64,000 nucleotides of DNA from Lingula anatina (taxonomy: Eukaryota; Animalia; Brachiopoda), in NCBI GenBank assembly GCA_051362555.1, contig CM120644.1, positions 23,830,534 through 23,894,533 on the forward strand, written 5' to 3'. The position numbers were made by a program, and so were the translations under genes. The notes beneath the pieces are model-generated. The model saw only the letters and a program-made list of their open reading frames with translations, had not been told where the DNA came from and made no database searches. Positions 39,870 to 54,120 of the stretch are shown piece by piece (the first letter of the stretch is position 1; every line of letters starts with the position of its first letter).

Positions 39870-40233
39870 AGATGGTGTCGATGGGTAGCCATCGCATATC
39901 CCCGCACTTGCCCATAGAGCAGCTCACCCTAGGGACCACTTACCACACATGCACGTACACACGCATGTACGCACATACATACACACATATCACTGCTTCA
40001 TCCAAAGGTATTTAATAATTTTGAATCAACTACCCCCCAGGGACAGCCCAACCCCCTGTTGCACTAAAATTCCAAAATGCCCATGCACATCCCTAAAGAT
40101 GGGTCTACCAATTCCCAAAATGTCACCTTCCTACCTTCAATAGTCTAGGAGAAGATAGTGGAAATTATTAACACACAGACGCACTGACGGGCGGGATAAC
40201 ATGATCCCCGACTTTTGTCCCAAAAGTGCGGGG

Positions 40234-40236
<3 letters not shown>
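39865..40236. mobile_element. HINE-like element copy
   Basis: Same structure. Part of a ~910 bp local tandem duplication. Confidence 0.7.
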
Positions 40237-40273
<37 letters not shown>

Positions 40274-42544
40274 AATGTATAATATCTGTAATAATTTTAT
40301 ATCAAATTCATTCTCTTGCGTTCAGTTATTGTTTGCAGAGGTATCAAATAATGAACAGGGAGGTGCGCGTTCGAGCGAACTAAATTTCTAGTCAGTATCG
40401 TTTTTCTAACTAATATCACTGCACAGATTCATTCACATTGCCAGAGAGATTTAATATCCACCAGGTGTTACAAATAAATGACTAAAAAATGTCGTTGGCA
40501 GTGACGTTAACTCCGGGTCGCTCAACATTTAATATTACAAATGGTAGAAAAGACACACAGAAAAACGCATATAAATAATGTTTGATAATCTTCTTAAAAG
40601 CCAAATCTATCTGTGATACTCTACTTCTTATTTCCACACATATTTTCCATATCTACTCTACACAGAGCATGTTATAAGCACCTTCTATACGAAAAAAGAA
40701 TATTAATGGAACGTTTTAAACATAAGATAAAAATGAATTGTATAATCTCTGTAATCATTTTATGTCAAAGTCATTCTCTTGCGGTCAGTAATTGTTTGGA
40801 GAGGTATCATATAATGAACAGTGGTTAATTTAGGGAGTTGAGAGTTCGGACGAAACCCCCTTCTGAATTTTAAAATGTTACCTGTGCACGTTTTCAAGTA
40901 GATCTACTCCGCTCTTTATGATAAAAAATCTGGTTTCAATATTCTCAAACTCCTTGAGTTTTAATTCATATCACTTCTTTGATTAAATCCTTTGCAGTGG
41001 AGTTGTAATCTCTACCAGCTGTTACACATAGATAAATAAAATTCGGAAGCAGTGACAGTGAAACCACCCCTTTCCATATTTAACATTATTGATAGAAAAT
41101 GAAGCACAGAATAAAAAAGTCTCTCATTATTCCTTAGTGAATACTCTGTATGTCTATTGTGTGCATGGTCATTTGATGTGTATGAAGTAATGATTGTAGG
41201 ATAATTTATCCCGAATCCCCCCATCCCCTGAACAATTCACTCGACAACCCTCTGGACAATACCCCCAGGACAATACCCTCTGGACAATACCCCCAGGATA
41301 ATACCCCTGAACCATCTCCCCAAGGACTTTATGTTTAGATACAAATATAAAGTAAAGAGTGTAAAGTTGAAGATATGTCATCCATTTTATTGATATTTTG
41401 GTGTGAGGATGCAACTTTATCATTTAACATGTTATTTCATAACAAACTCCTTTTTCGTTGAGTACAATTACAGAAAATATTATCAAATAACTAATCGACG
41501 TATAACCACCTACCCTCCAGGTAAAAGCCAGGCCAACAGACGACAGGTTAACATACATGTATGTTATGATTATTTTAGTGTGGTGGGAAGGTGGGCAGTA
41601 GTCAAGCAATTAAAGGTGACATATCACCAAAGGGATACTTGGATAGGCGAGAAGATCTGTTTGTCCCACCTCTCCTTAGAGATGCACTCTTATTCAAGGC
41701 CTACTTAGTGAATGGGGGGGGGGGGGGTAATGAAGCAATTATGGTAAAAGTTAATTTATCCCAACTCTCCTTAGAGATGCACTCTTATTCAAGGCTTACT
41801 TAGTGAAGGAGAGAAATGAAGCAATTAAGGTAAAAGTTAATTAATGAAAAATAAATAATAATTTGTTTACTTCTATTTCAAAAAAAATATATACTTATAC
41901 TCCATGGAAATAATATGCTAAATGAAAATAATATTTTCTGTAAATTAAATAAAAATTTCTTAGACTGATGATTCAACTCAAGAAATTTTCATAAAATGGA
42001 TGAAAAGAAACGAATTTTATACCCTTTACTTTATATTTGTGTATAAATACATGTACATGTATATATCCTTCAAGTTCAGGGGGTAAGGTTGAATCACTCG
42101 GGTTAGGGGGGTTGACCTGTGCTGTGGCTGGGTGGGGGGGGGGTTTATCTTGATACGATAGCACCATAAGTAGAGATAGTTATTCGAATATTTGAGAACA
42201 TCTTCTAAATTTTAAGTCATTTTTTGGTGTTCCAACTGATATCACTCCATTCATTAATTCCCTTTGAAGTAGAGATGCTATGTCTACCAAATGAATAAAA
42301 CATGTCATTAGCAGTGACGTTAACTCCAGATTGCTCAACATTTAACATTCCAATTGGAAAAATAGACGCTCAGAAAGAAGCACGAAAATAATTATTGGTA
42401 ATCTCCTTTAAAGTCAAATCTCTCTGTGATACTTTACTTTTTACTTTCAAATTTATTTTCCATATCTATTCCACACTGATCGTATTATGACCACAACCCT
42501 CTATGAGAGAGAATGTCAATGGAGAGTTTTGAAACATAAAAAAA

Positions 42545-42920
42545 AGCTAGATGGTGTCGATGGGTAGCCATCACATATCCCCGCACTTGCCCATAGAGCA
42601 GCTCACCCTAGGGACCACTTACCACACACGCACGTAGACACGCATGTACGCACATACATACACACATATCACTGCTTCATCCAAAGGTATTAAATAATTT
42701 TGAATCAACTACCCCCCCCCCCGGGACAGCCCAACCCCCTGTTGCACTAAAATTCCAAAATGCCCATGCACATCCCTAAAGATGGGTCTACCAATTCTCA
42801 AAGTTTCACCTTCCTACCTGCAATAGTCTAGGAGGAGATAGCGGAAATTATTAACACACAGACGCACTGACGGGCGGGATAACATGATCCCCGACTTTTG
42901 TCCCAAAAGTGCGGGGATAA
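42545..42920. mobile_element. HINE-like element copy
   Basis: Same structure and same insertion point in the macrosatellite unit. Confidence 0.7.
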
Positions 42921-45900
42921 TAATAAAAATAATAATAATAATGAAATGTATAATATCTGTAATAATTGTATATCAAATTCATTCTCTTGCGTTCAGTAAT
43001 TGTTTGCAGAGGTATCAAATAATGAACAGGGAGGTGGGCGTTCGAGCGAACTAAATTTCTAGTCAGTATCGTTTTTCTAACTAATATCACTGCACAGATT
43101 CATTCACATTGCCATAGAGATTTAATATCCACCAGGTGTTACAAATAAATGACTAAAAAATGTCGTTGGCAGTGACGTTAACTCCAGGTTGCTCAACATT
43201 TAATATTCCAAATGGTAGAAAAGACACACAGAAAAACGCACATAATTAATGTTTGATAATCTTCTTAAAAGCCAAATCTATCTGTGATACTCTACTTCTT
43301 ATTTCCACACATATTTTCCATATCTACTCTACACAGAGCATGTTATAAGCACATCCTTCTATACGAAAAAAGAATATTAATGGAACGTTTTAAACATAAG
43401 ATAAAAATGAATTGTATAATCTCTGTAATCATTTTATGTCAAAGTCATTCTCTTGCGGTCAGTAATTGTTTGGAGAGGTATCATATAATGAACAGTGGTT
43501 AATTTAGGGAGTTGAGAGTTCGGACGAAACCCCCTTCTGAATTTTAAAATGTTACCTGTGCACGTTTTCAAGTAGATCTACTCCGCTCTTTATGATAAAA
43601 AATCTGGTTTCAATATTCTCAAACTCCTTGAGTTTTAATTCATATCACTTCTTTGATTAAATCCTTTGCAGAGGAGTTGTAATCTCTACCAGCTGTTACA
43701 CATAAATAAATAAAGTTCGGAAGCAGTGACAGTGAAACCACCCATTTCCATATTTAACATTATTGATAGAAAATGAAGCACAGAATAAAAAAGTCTCTCA
43801 TTATTCCTTAGTGAATACTCTGTATGTCTATTGTGTGCATGGTCATCAGATGTGTATGTAGCAATGATTTTAGGATAATTTATCCCGAATCCCCCCATCC
43901 CCTGAACAATTCACTCGACAACCCTCTGGACAATACCCCCAGGACAATACCCTCTGGACAATACCCCCAGGACAATACCCCCAGGACAATACCCTCTGGA
44001 CTATACCCCCAGGATAATACCCCTGAACCATCCCCCCAAGGACTTTATGTTTAGATACAAATATAAAGTAAAGAGTTTAAAGTTGAAGATATGTCATCCA
44101 TTTTATTGATATTTTGGTTTGAGGATGCAACTTTATCATTTAACATGTTATTTCATAACAAACTTTTTTTTCGTTGAGTACAATTACAGAAAACATTATC
44201 AAATAACTAATCGAAGTATAATCACCTATCCTCCAGGTAAAGGTCGGGCAAACAGACGACAGGTAAACATATTTTATGAATATTTTAGTGTGGTGGGAAG
44301 TGGGCAGTAGTCAAGCAATTAAAATTGTCAGTTCAGCAAAGGGATACTTGGATAAGCGAAAAAGTCTACTTAGAGATGCACTTTGATTCATGGCTTACTC
44401 AGTGAAGGGAGAGAAATGAATCATTTAAGGTAACAGTTAATTAATCAAAGGGTACTTTGATGATTTAGATCATTTGTTTTCCCCACCTTTACCTGAAGAT
44501 ATTGTTTGATCAGATTTTAAATAAATTCTCTTTACTTCTTTTTCTAAATTTTCTAAATAAAATAATTTCACAGTGAACGGGTATTGCCTTGGGTTGACCT
44601 GTCTGGGAGGGAATCATACTGATACTGAAGCAATATAAGTAGAGATACATGAAGTATTGTGAAATATATGAGAACATCTTTTTAATTTCAAGCTTTGGTG
44701 TTCCAACTGATATCACTCCATTCATTGATACCCTTTGAAGTAGAGATTTCATATCCATCAGGTGAGATATAAAAATGACTAAACAAATTCAGTACATGTA
44801 GCAGTGACGTTAACTCCAGGTGACTCAACATTTAGCATTCCAAATGGAAAAAGGACGTACAGAAAGACGCACAAAATTAATTTTTGATAATCTCCTTAAA
44901 AGCGAAACATCTCTGTGATACTTTAATTTTTACCTTCAGACTTATTCCCTATATCTATTCCATACTGAGCGTAATATGACCCCCTCCCTCTACGAAAGAA
45001 AAAATCAGTGGAAAAACGTTTAAACATAAAACAAAAATAAAAATGAAATGTGTAATATCTGTAAATATTTTATGTCAAGAAATTTCCCTTGATGTCAGTA
45101 ATTGTTTGGAGAAGGATGAAATAATAAACAAATGTGGATTTAGGGCGTTCGGCGTTGGGACGAACCTATCGACTGAATTTTTAAAATGTAATGTCATTTT
45201 TCATTGAGTACAATTACAGAAAATATTATAAAATGAATAATCGAAATATAACAACCTATCCTCCAGGTAAAGGTCAGGCAAACAGATGAACAAGTAAACA
45301 TATTTTATGAATATTTTAGTGTGGTGGGTAGGTGGGCAGTAGTCAAGCAATTAAAGGTGACATATCAGCAAAGGGATATTTGGATAGGCGAGAAGATCTG
45401 TTTGTCCCACCTCTCCTTAGAGATGCACACTTATTCAAGGCTTACTTAGTGAAGGGGGGGGGGGGGTAATGAAGCAATTAGGGTAAAAGTTAATTTATCC
45501 CACCTCTCCTTAGAGATGCACTCTTATTCAAGGCTTACTTAGTGAAGGGGGGAGAATGAAGCAATTAAGGTAAAAGTGAATTTATCCCACCTCTCCTTAG
45601 AGATGCACTCTTATTCAAGGCTAACTTAGTGAAGGGGGGGAAATGAAGCAATTCAGGTAAAAGTTAATTTATCCCAACTCTCCTTTGAGATGCACTCTTA
45701 TCCAAGGCTTACTTACTGAAGGGGAGAAATGAAGCAATTAAGGTAAAAGTTAATTTATGAAAAATAAATAATAATTTGTTTACTTCTATTTCAAAAAAAG
45801 TTATGTACTTATACTCCATGAAAACAATATGCTACATGAAAATACTATTTTCTGTACTTGAGTTGAATCATCAGACTAAGAAATTTTCATAAAATGGATG

Positions 45901-46440
45901 AAAAGAATCGAATTTTATATTACAATATATTTGTGTATAAATACATGTACATGTATATATCCTTCAAGTTCAGGGGGTAGGGTTGAATCACTGGGTTTGG
46001 GGGGTTGACCCGTGCTGTTGGTCGGGGGGGGGGGATTGTCTTGATACGAAAGCACTATAAGTAGAGATAGTTATTCGAATATTTGAGAACATCTTCTAAA
46101 TTTTAAGTCATTTTTGGTGTTCCAACTGATATCACTCCTTTCATTAATTCCCTTTGAAGTAGAGATGCTATGTCTACCAAATGAATAAAACATGTCATTA
46201 GCAGTGACGTTAACTCCAGATTGCTCAACATTTAACATTCCAATTGGAAAAATAGACGCTCAGAAAGAAGCACGAAAATAATTATTGGTAATCTCCTTTA
46301 AAGTCAAATCTCTCTGTGATACTTTACTTTTTACTTTCAAACTTATTTTCCATATCTATATCACTGATCGTATTATGACCACAACTCTCTATGAAAGAGA
46401 ATGTCAATGGAGAGTTTTGAAAAAAAAAAAAAAAAAAAAA

Positions 46441-46807
46441 AACTAGATGGTGTCGATGGGTAGCCATCGCATATCCCCGCACTTGCCCATAGAGCAGCTC
46501 ACCCTAGGGACCACTTACCACACACGCACGTACAAACGCATGTACGCACATACATACACACATATCACTGCTTCATCCAAAGGTATTTAATAATTTTGAA
46601 TCAACTACCCCCCAGGGGCAGCCCAACCCCCTGTTGCACTAAAATTCCAAAATGCTTATGCACATTCCTAAAGATGGGTCTACCAATTCCCAAAGTTTCA
46701 CCCTCCTACCTGCAATAGTCTAGGAGGAGATAGCGGAAATTATTAACACACAGAGGCACGGACGGGCGGGATAACATGATCCCCGATTTTGTCACAAAAG
46801 TGCGGGG

Positions 46808-46812
<5 letters not shown>
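46441..46812. mobile_element. HINE-like element copy (duplicate of 17914-18284)
   Basis: Same structure, followed by (AAT)n. Confidence 0.7.
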
Positions 46813-46855
<43 letters not shown>

Positions 46856-47078
46856 GCAATAATAATAATAATGACATGTATAATATCTGTAATCATTTTA
46901 TGTCAAATTCATTCTCTTGCGTTCAGTAATTGTTTGCAGAGGTATCAAATAATGAACAGTGGTTGATTTAGGGGAGGTGGGCGTTCGGGTGAACTAAATT
47001 TCTAGTCAGTATCGGTTTTGTAACTGATATCACTGCACAGATTCATTCACATTGCCAGAGAGATTTAATATCCACCAG

Positions 47079-48033
47079 GGCCCGGTTTCATCAAGGCTGG
47101 ATAGGCTATCCTATGGATAACACTATCCAAGGTATAAATTTCTTATCCTCTGTATAGTTATCCTCTGCATAAATTTGTGTTTCACAAAGGCTGGATAAAT
47201 AGCATGATAGTAATCCAGTGGATAAAAATTTATCCAATACCATATTTAGAAAAAGACATTCCCATAATGCAGTTGGTTGCTATAAACATTATAAAAGCCA
47301 TGATAGTTGCTAACAAAAAAGTGATCTATACCATATTTGGAAAATAAATTACCCAAAATAAACAATATTCTAAGTATATTTCAAGATGGTAGTCTACATT
47401 CATTTAAATAATGGGAATAATATCTACAGGATATTTTAGTGTCAGTGTCAGTAACACACCACATTGCATTAGTTGTGCCTCATGCAATGTTTACAATTTG
47501 CAGTTGAAGGGCAAGGTCGTGACATACTTTCTAACAAAATGGCTGACTTGGCAAGTTTGGCAGATTATGTAATAGCAGTGTAGAGTTTTTTCATCGATTT
47601 AAAAGGTATGTTTTAGTAAAATAAAAGATAATTTATCTCACGTAGATTGCATGGGGTTCTGTTCGTAGCAGGCGCGATGTCAACTTTGATCAAGTCTGTT
47701 ATGTAATCTATTGATTCAGTATCACTCAAAGCATCAAAAGCAAACACACATCTTTTAAAATTCTCTTTCTAATTAATCTCTGCCTGTGAAATATCAAAGG
47801 ATTTACTGTCAAACCAAGCAGGTTAGCCATTTTTGATGATTTAACAGCATGATAGCATGTTTATCCCACCTATTTCGAGTGGACAACTTTAACCTCTGGA
47901 TAAGCTGATTTATCCCCGGGATAACGCTAGCCACTGTTGATGAAACGCACTATCCTCTGGATAGCTCTATCCAGAGGATAGCGGCCATATTTATCCATAG
48001 GATAGCGCTATCCAGCCTTGATGAAACCGGGCC
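47079..48033. mobile_element. PIF/Harbinger non-autonomous element (CAG TSD)
   Basis: CAG|GGCCCGGTTTCATCAAGGCTGGATAG...CTATCCAGCCTTGATGAAACCGGGCC|CAG, with many TATCC/GGATA subterminal motifs. Empty site ATATCCACCAGGTGTTACA at ~18532. Confidence 0.93.
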
Positions 48034-49287
48034 CAGGTGTTACAAATAAATGACTAAAAATGTCGTTGGCAGTGACGTTAACTCCGGGTCGCTCAACATT
48101 TAATATTACAAATGGTAGAAAAGACACACAGAAAAACGCACAAAAATAATGTTTGATCATCTTCTTAAAACCCAAATCTCTCTGTGATACTCTACTTCTT
48201 ACTTTCACACATATTTTCCATATCTACTCTATACAGAGCATGTTAGAAGCACCTCCTTCTATACGAAATGGAAATGGAAATGGAACGTTTTAAACATAAA
48301 ATAAAAAAAAATGAATTGTATAATCTCTGTAATCATTTTATGTCAAAGTCATTCTCTTGCGGTCAGTAATTGTTTGGAGAGGTATCATATAATGAACAGT
48401 GGTTAATTTAGGGAGTTGAGAGTTTGGACGAAACCCCCTTCTGAATTTTAAAAATGTTATCTGTGCACGTTTTCAAGTAGATCTACTCCGCTCTTTATGA
48501 TAAAAAATCTGGTTTCAATATTCTCAAACTTCTTGAGTTTTAATTCATATCACTTCTTTGATTAAATCCTTTGCAGTGGAGATGTAATCTCTACCAGCTG
48601 TTACACATAAATAAATAAAGCTCGGAAGCAGTGACGGTGAAACCACCCCTTTCCATATTTAACATTATTGATAGAAAATGAAGCACAGAATAAAAAAGTC
48701 TCTTATTATTCCTCAATGAATAGCATGTATGTCTTTTGTGTGCATGGTCATCAGATGTATATGAAGCAATGATTGTAGAATAATTCATCCCGAATCCCCC
48801 CCATCCCCTAAACAATTCTCTCGACAACCCCCAGAGCAATACCCCCAGGACAATACCCCCAGGACCAACCCCCAACGACTTTATGTTTAGATACAAATAT
48901 ATTAAGTAAAGAGTGTAAAGTTGAAGATATGTCATCCATTTTATAGATATTTTGGTGTGAGGATACAACTTTATCATTTAACATGTTATTTCATAACAAA
49001 CTCCTTTTTCGTTGAGTACAATTACAGAAAATATTGTCAAATAAGTAATCGACGTATTACCACCTATCCTCCAGGTAAAAGTCGGGCAAACAGATGACAG
49101 GTAAACATATTTTATGAATGTTTTTAATGTGATGGGAAGGTGGGCAGTAGTCAAGCAATTAAAATTGACAGATCAGCAGGGGGATACTTGGATAAGCGAG
49201 GAAATCTGTTTATTCCACCTCTACTTAGAGATGCCCTTTGATTCATGACTTACTCAGTGATGTGTGGGGGGGGTGTGAATCATTTAA

Positions 49288-49495
49288 GGCTGTATTCCCA
49301 GAGCTTTTAGATTGATCTATCCCCGCTGGGGGTCTCACTAAATTACTGTCAGATAATCCGGCTTAAATGTCCGTCCCGCCTACTACAAGCTGTAAGGGGG
49401 TAATTAACTTTCATGTCCGCTCTGCTATTTAGCTGTGAACCCCCAGGGATTTTGGCGATCTATAGTAGATCGATCTAATCTCTGGAAATGGGGTC
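49288..49495. mobile_element. Harbinger-type MITE, duplicate of 21456-21663
   Basis: Same termini and TAA TSD. Confidence 0.8.
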
Positions 49496-50766
49496 TAAGA
49501 TAACAGTTAATTTATCAAAAGGTACCTGGATGAGTGAGATCATTCGTTTACCCCACCTTTACCTGAAGATATGGTTTGATCAGATTTTAAATAAATTCTG
49601 TTTACTTCTATTTCTAAAATTTGCTATACCTTCACCCCGTGAAAATTATTTCTCTTAAGAAATTAATAGTCTATATCCTTGAGATGCATTATTACACTAA
49701 GCTATATATTTAAATTGCATGCAAAGATGAGAATTTTATAATCTTTACTTTACATTTGTATCTAAATACAGCACATTCTTGGGGGGAGAGGGTATGCTCG
49801 CGGTGGAAGGGGATTTTCATGGGTTGACTTGCATGGGAGGGAATCGTCCTGATACTGAAGCAGTATAAGTTTAAAAAAATGTAGTTATGTGAAATATATA
49901 TGGCCATCTTTTAAATTTCAAGTCATTTTGGTGTTTAAACTGATATCACTCCATTCTTTGATACTCTTTGAAGTAGATGTCTAACAGGTATTACAGATAA
50001 ATGAATAAAAAAGTCGCTAGCAGTGACATTAACTCCAGATGACTCAACATTTAACATTCAAAATGGAAAAAATAGACGTACAGAAAGACGCACAAAAATT
50101 ATGTTTGATAATCTCCTTAAAAGCCAAATCTCTCTGTGATACTTTACTTCTTACTTTCAAGGGTATTTTCCAAATCTATTACATACAGAGCGTTTTGAAA
50201 CATAAAACAGGAATGAAAATGAAATGTCGGATATCTGTAAACATTTTACGTCAAAGTCATTCTCTTGCGGTCAGTAATTGTTTGAAGAGGTATCAAATAA
50301 TGAACAGTGGTTGATTTAGGGGAGGTGGGCGTTCAGACTAATCCCTCTACTGAATTTTTAAAATGTAATGTACACGTTTTTAGTGAATAGACCCCCCTAC
50401 TTACGATAAAAGCCTGGTTTGTTTATTGTCAAACTCTTCGTTTCTTTATTAAAATCACCCCATTGATTGAATCCCTTTGCAGTGGAGATGCAATCTCTAC
50501 CAGCTGTTACACATTAATAAATAAATGTTGCAAAGCAGTGACGGTGAAATCAGCCCTTTTCCCTATTTAATATTCCAAATGGAAAAAAATAATTTGAACA
50601 TAAAGGTCTCTTAGAGTAGTATTGGCTAATTGTCAGTTCTATACGTCCTTAAGCAAAATTTCAGGCTTCCCTCACACAGTTTCTACATGTGTGTGGCACA
50701 TTCACATTAAGGATTTTCGCACATGTGCAGCACATCTCATTTCCATGGTAATACACGCATCTCCAG

Positions 50767-51190
50767 CACACTTCTTGCATGTCTCCTGCACACATCCCAC
50801 ACACTATCTCCACACACCCTGCACACTTCTTGCATGTCTCCTGCACACATCCCACACACTATCTCCACACACCCTGCACACTTCTTGCATGTCTCCTGCA
50901 CACATCCCACACACTATCTCCACACACCCTGTACACTTCTTGCATGTCTCCTGCACACATCCCACACACTATCTCCACACACCCTGCACACTTCTTGCAT
51001 GTCTCCTGCACACATCCCACACACTATCTCCACACACCCTGTACACTTCTTGCATGTCTCCTGCACACATCCCACACACTATCTCCACACACCCTGCACA
51101 CTTCTTGCATGTCTCCTGCACACATCCCACACACTATCTCCACACACCCTGCACACTTCCATGCATATTTCCTGCACACTTTCTGCCTGC
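50767..51190 (+). repeat. 55 bp minisatellite, about 7.5 uninterrupted units
   Basis: Units start at 50767, 50822, 50877, 50932, 50987, 51042, 51097 and 51152. Confidence 0.95.
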
Positions 51191-53888
51191 TTACTGCATA
51201 GTTACCTTAATTGTTTTTTAAGTATATTTAAATTGATTCTTTAGATTGAAACAATTTTACCATTTATTTTTAAACAAAACTGCTTTAAAAACACTTACAT
51301 TCCTCACACATCTGGGATCAGTAGATAATTTTGAAGCAGTTACCCCCCCCCCCCCAAGGGTCATTTTATATCATTTTAATAAGTAGGAAAGTTAGAGGTA
51401 AAAATAAACTGTCACAAAATTATGAAGATAAACCAATACAAATCAACTCCATGCTTAAGAATAATAACAAGTTTTAAAGTATTGGTGCAAGATATAAACA
51501 ACTTACTTTAAGTGTACTTCTCTTTGCATATGAAAATAACTGTGCAGAGATCATTCAATTGGACTGTTGCTGACAGTTCTTGTAGGATGAAAAAATTAAA
51601 TTATTGGTGACATTTGAGATGAGGGTCTGACAAAATGTATCCACAGCAAGATCTGTTCCTTCCAGTCTTGTCATGCCAGGTTCTGCATGTTGGCTACTCT
51701 CTAGGATCGCCTGAAATAATAAACAATATTCAACAAATTTATTCGACGTAATACGGTTAGAGACTGAAGAAATAACAAATAGATTGTAATCATTAACCAC
51801 ATATTAAATCAGCAGTAAAGGAATAATTTTATTTCAGATTTAATTGTTCATCGGATGTATATGAAGCAATGATTCTAGGGCAATTCATGCCGGACAATTC
51901 CCCCCGGATGATCCTCCCCGCTCTCCCTAATGATTGTTTGCTTTATATACAAATATACATTTATAAGTGTTAAGTTCAACACATGTCATCTTTTTTATAG
52001 ATATTTTCAGTGTCATAATACAACTTTACCATTTATCAAATCATTTCATGACAAATTCCTTTTTCATTGAGTACAGGTACAGAAACCATTATTAAATAAC
52101 TAATCAAAGTATTTCCACCTATCCTCCGGTTGTAGGTAGGGCAAACAGATGAACAGATGAAGTGTGGCGGGTATTGGATAGGTGGGTTGTAGTCAAGAAA
52201 TTAAAAGTAACAGATAATCAAGCAATGCTGAGATAAGAGAGAAAATCTGTTCACCCCACCTCTCCTTAAATATCCACCTTGATTCAAGGCTGACTTAGTG
52301 AAAGGGGAGTTAAGAAGCAATAAAATGTGACGGTTAATTCGTCAAAGGGCAAGTGGGTAGATAAGAATGTTTGTTTACCTCACATTTACCTGGATATATA
52401 CTTTGATCAGATTATGAATTAAAATTTAACTTTTATTTCAAAGATTTTCTGTACTATCACTCCATAAAAAATATTCCGTTTAATGAAATTGATATTCGCT
52501 ATCCTTGAAGTGCATCATCACACTGAGAAATATTCACTTTATATTTGTTTATGAAATATATATTTCTTAGAAGGGGAGGTACTCCTGGTGGGGGAAATTG
52601 CCCGGGGGGGGGGTTGTCAGGGGAACTGTCCTGATACCGAAGCAATATAAATAGAGATAGTTATGTGAATTATGTGAGAACATCTTATATGTTTTTGCAG
52701 TATAGATGTAACAGCAACCAGGTCTTACATATATAGGAATAAAAATATTGCGAGCAGTGACGTTAAACCAAGGTCGCTCAACATTTAACATTCTAAATGG
52801 AAGGAAAAGACGCACAGGAAGACACAGAAAAAGTTTTTTTTTTTTTTTTAATAATGGCTTTAAAGGCAAAGGTCAAGGAACATTCTGAAACATGAAACAA
52901 ATATTAAGATAAAATGTATGAATATAAGTAAACATTATGCCAAAGCCTTTCCCTCGCGGTTAGTAATTGTTTGGAGAAGTATCAAATAATGAACAGTGGC
53001 GGGTATAGGGGAGGTGGGAATTCGAACGAATCCCCCTGCTGAATTGTTCACGTTTTTATTAAATGGAACCCCTCCTTATGACAAAAGTGTAGTTTGTATA
53101 TTCTCAAACTCCTTGAGTTCCAATTCACACTACTTCATTAATTTAATCCCGTTGCAGTGGAGATGTATTCTCCACCAGCTGTTTCACATTAATGAGTAAT
53201 TAAATGTTCCAAGAAGTGACGGTGAAACCAGCCCTAAACATTCCAAATGGAAGAAAAGACGCACAGTAAAAAAGGGTATTTTAGAGCTGCTTGATCGAAA
53301 AGCATTGGGTAATTGTCAATCCAATACGTCATATAACTTGATAACCTATTTTAAGACCAAATATCTCTGTTATTCCGTATATCTTACTTTCAGACTGATT
53401 TTCCTCATACTTTTTATCCAGATTATTTTATGGTATTGATTTCTCACTAAAGATAAATGTAATTGTGGCATTTTTAGACATAAAGAGATGTTAACAAACT
53501 GTACACAAATTGTTAACGGAACATCGGAATTTAGAAAGTATATAGAAGCACACTTCTGAAATTACATTTTAAAAAATACTAGCAATATTGTAATTACTAT
53601 TCCTCTTAATTTTACTACCACCATTTCTACTGCAACCAATAAAATCAAAACGAATTACAACAATACATACCTAGGGATGTTATGTGACCGTGGCGATATG
53701 ATGATCACTGAAGCCTGTCCCTTTAGGCAAGCTTCAGTGAAGATCGAGGGCAACCTCGAACCGCTGCCCAAAAATATCTCGCTTCACTTGACATTTCTGC
53801 GTAGCGTCTCTCGGAATACTCGGATTTGACCTCGATGTAATCTAAAATTTCACGACTACATCTTGCTTAAATCAGTCTAGGTCTCTTA

Positions 53889-54120
53889 CACCCCATTTCC
53901 ATAGATTAGATCGACCTACTTTAGATCGACCTAACTCCCTGGGGGTTCACGCTAAATAGCTGTCAGCCGGGCGGACACGAAAGTTAATTACCCCCTTACA
54001 GCTTGTAGTAGGCGGGACGGACATTTAAGTATTTAATTTAAGTACATTAAATTATCTGAAAGTAATCTAGTGAGACTCCCCGCGGGGATAGATCGATCTA
54101 AAATCTATGGGAATAGAGCC
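53889..54120. mobile_element. Independent, inverted copy of the Harbinger-type MITE family at 21456 (TTA TSD)
   Basis: TTA|CACCCCATTTCCATAG...CTATGGGAATAGAGCC|TTA. Internal TTACAGCTTGTAGTAGGCGGGACGGACATTTAAG is the reverse complement of the 21456 copy. Confidence 0.85.

Larger units (their letters stand above)
24294..52055 (+). repeat. Segmental tandem duplication, copy B (~27.8 kb)
   Basis: Begins with the sequence of 3514 onward and ends with the sequence that ends copy A (CATGACAAA). It is longer because of three private transposons and more macrosatellite units. Confidence 0.93.
37312..53490. repeat. Complex macrosatellite array, copy B and its older continuation (minus orientation to ~38623)
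   Basis: Same ordered blocks as in copy A. An ~87 bp subrepeat is amplified four times at 45405-45760. 52880-53490 is a diverged paralog of 7340-7990. Confidence 0.85.

Noticed and set aside
50767-51190. CRISPR-like appearance of the regular arrays
   Set aside because: No unique spacers, no cas genes, and the context is eukaryotic.
50622-51244. His/Cys/Thr-rich ORFs of 140-199 aa (also 22793-23467)
   Set aside because: Open in several frames because the 55 bp minisatellite lacks stops. The unit is not a multiple of 3 and the structure differs between copies.
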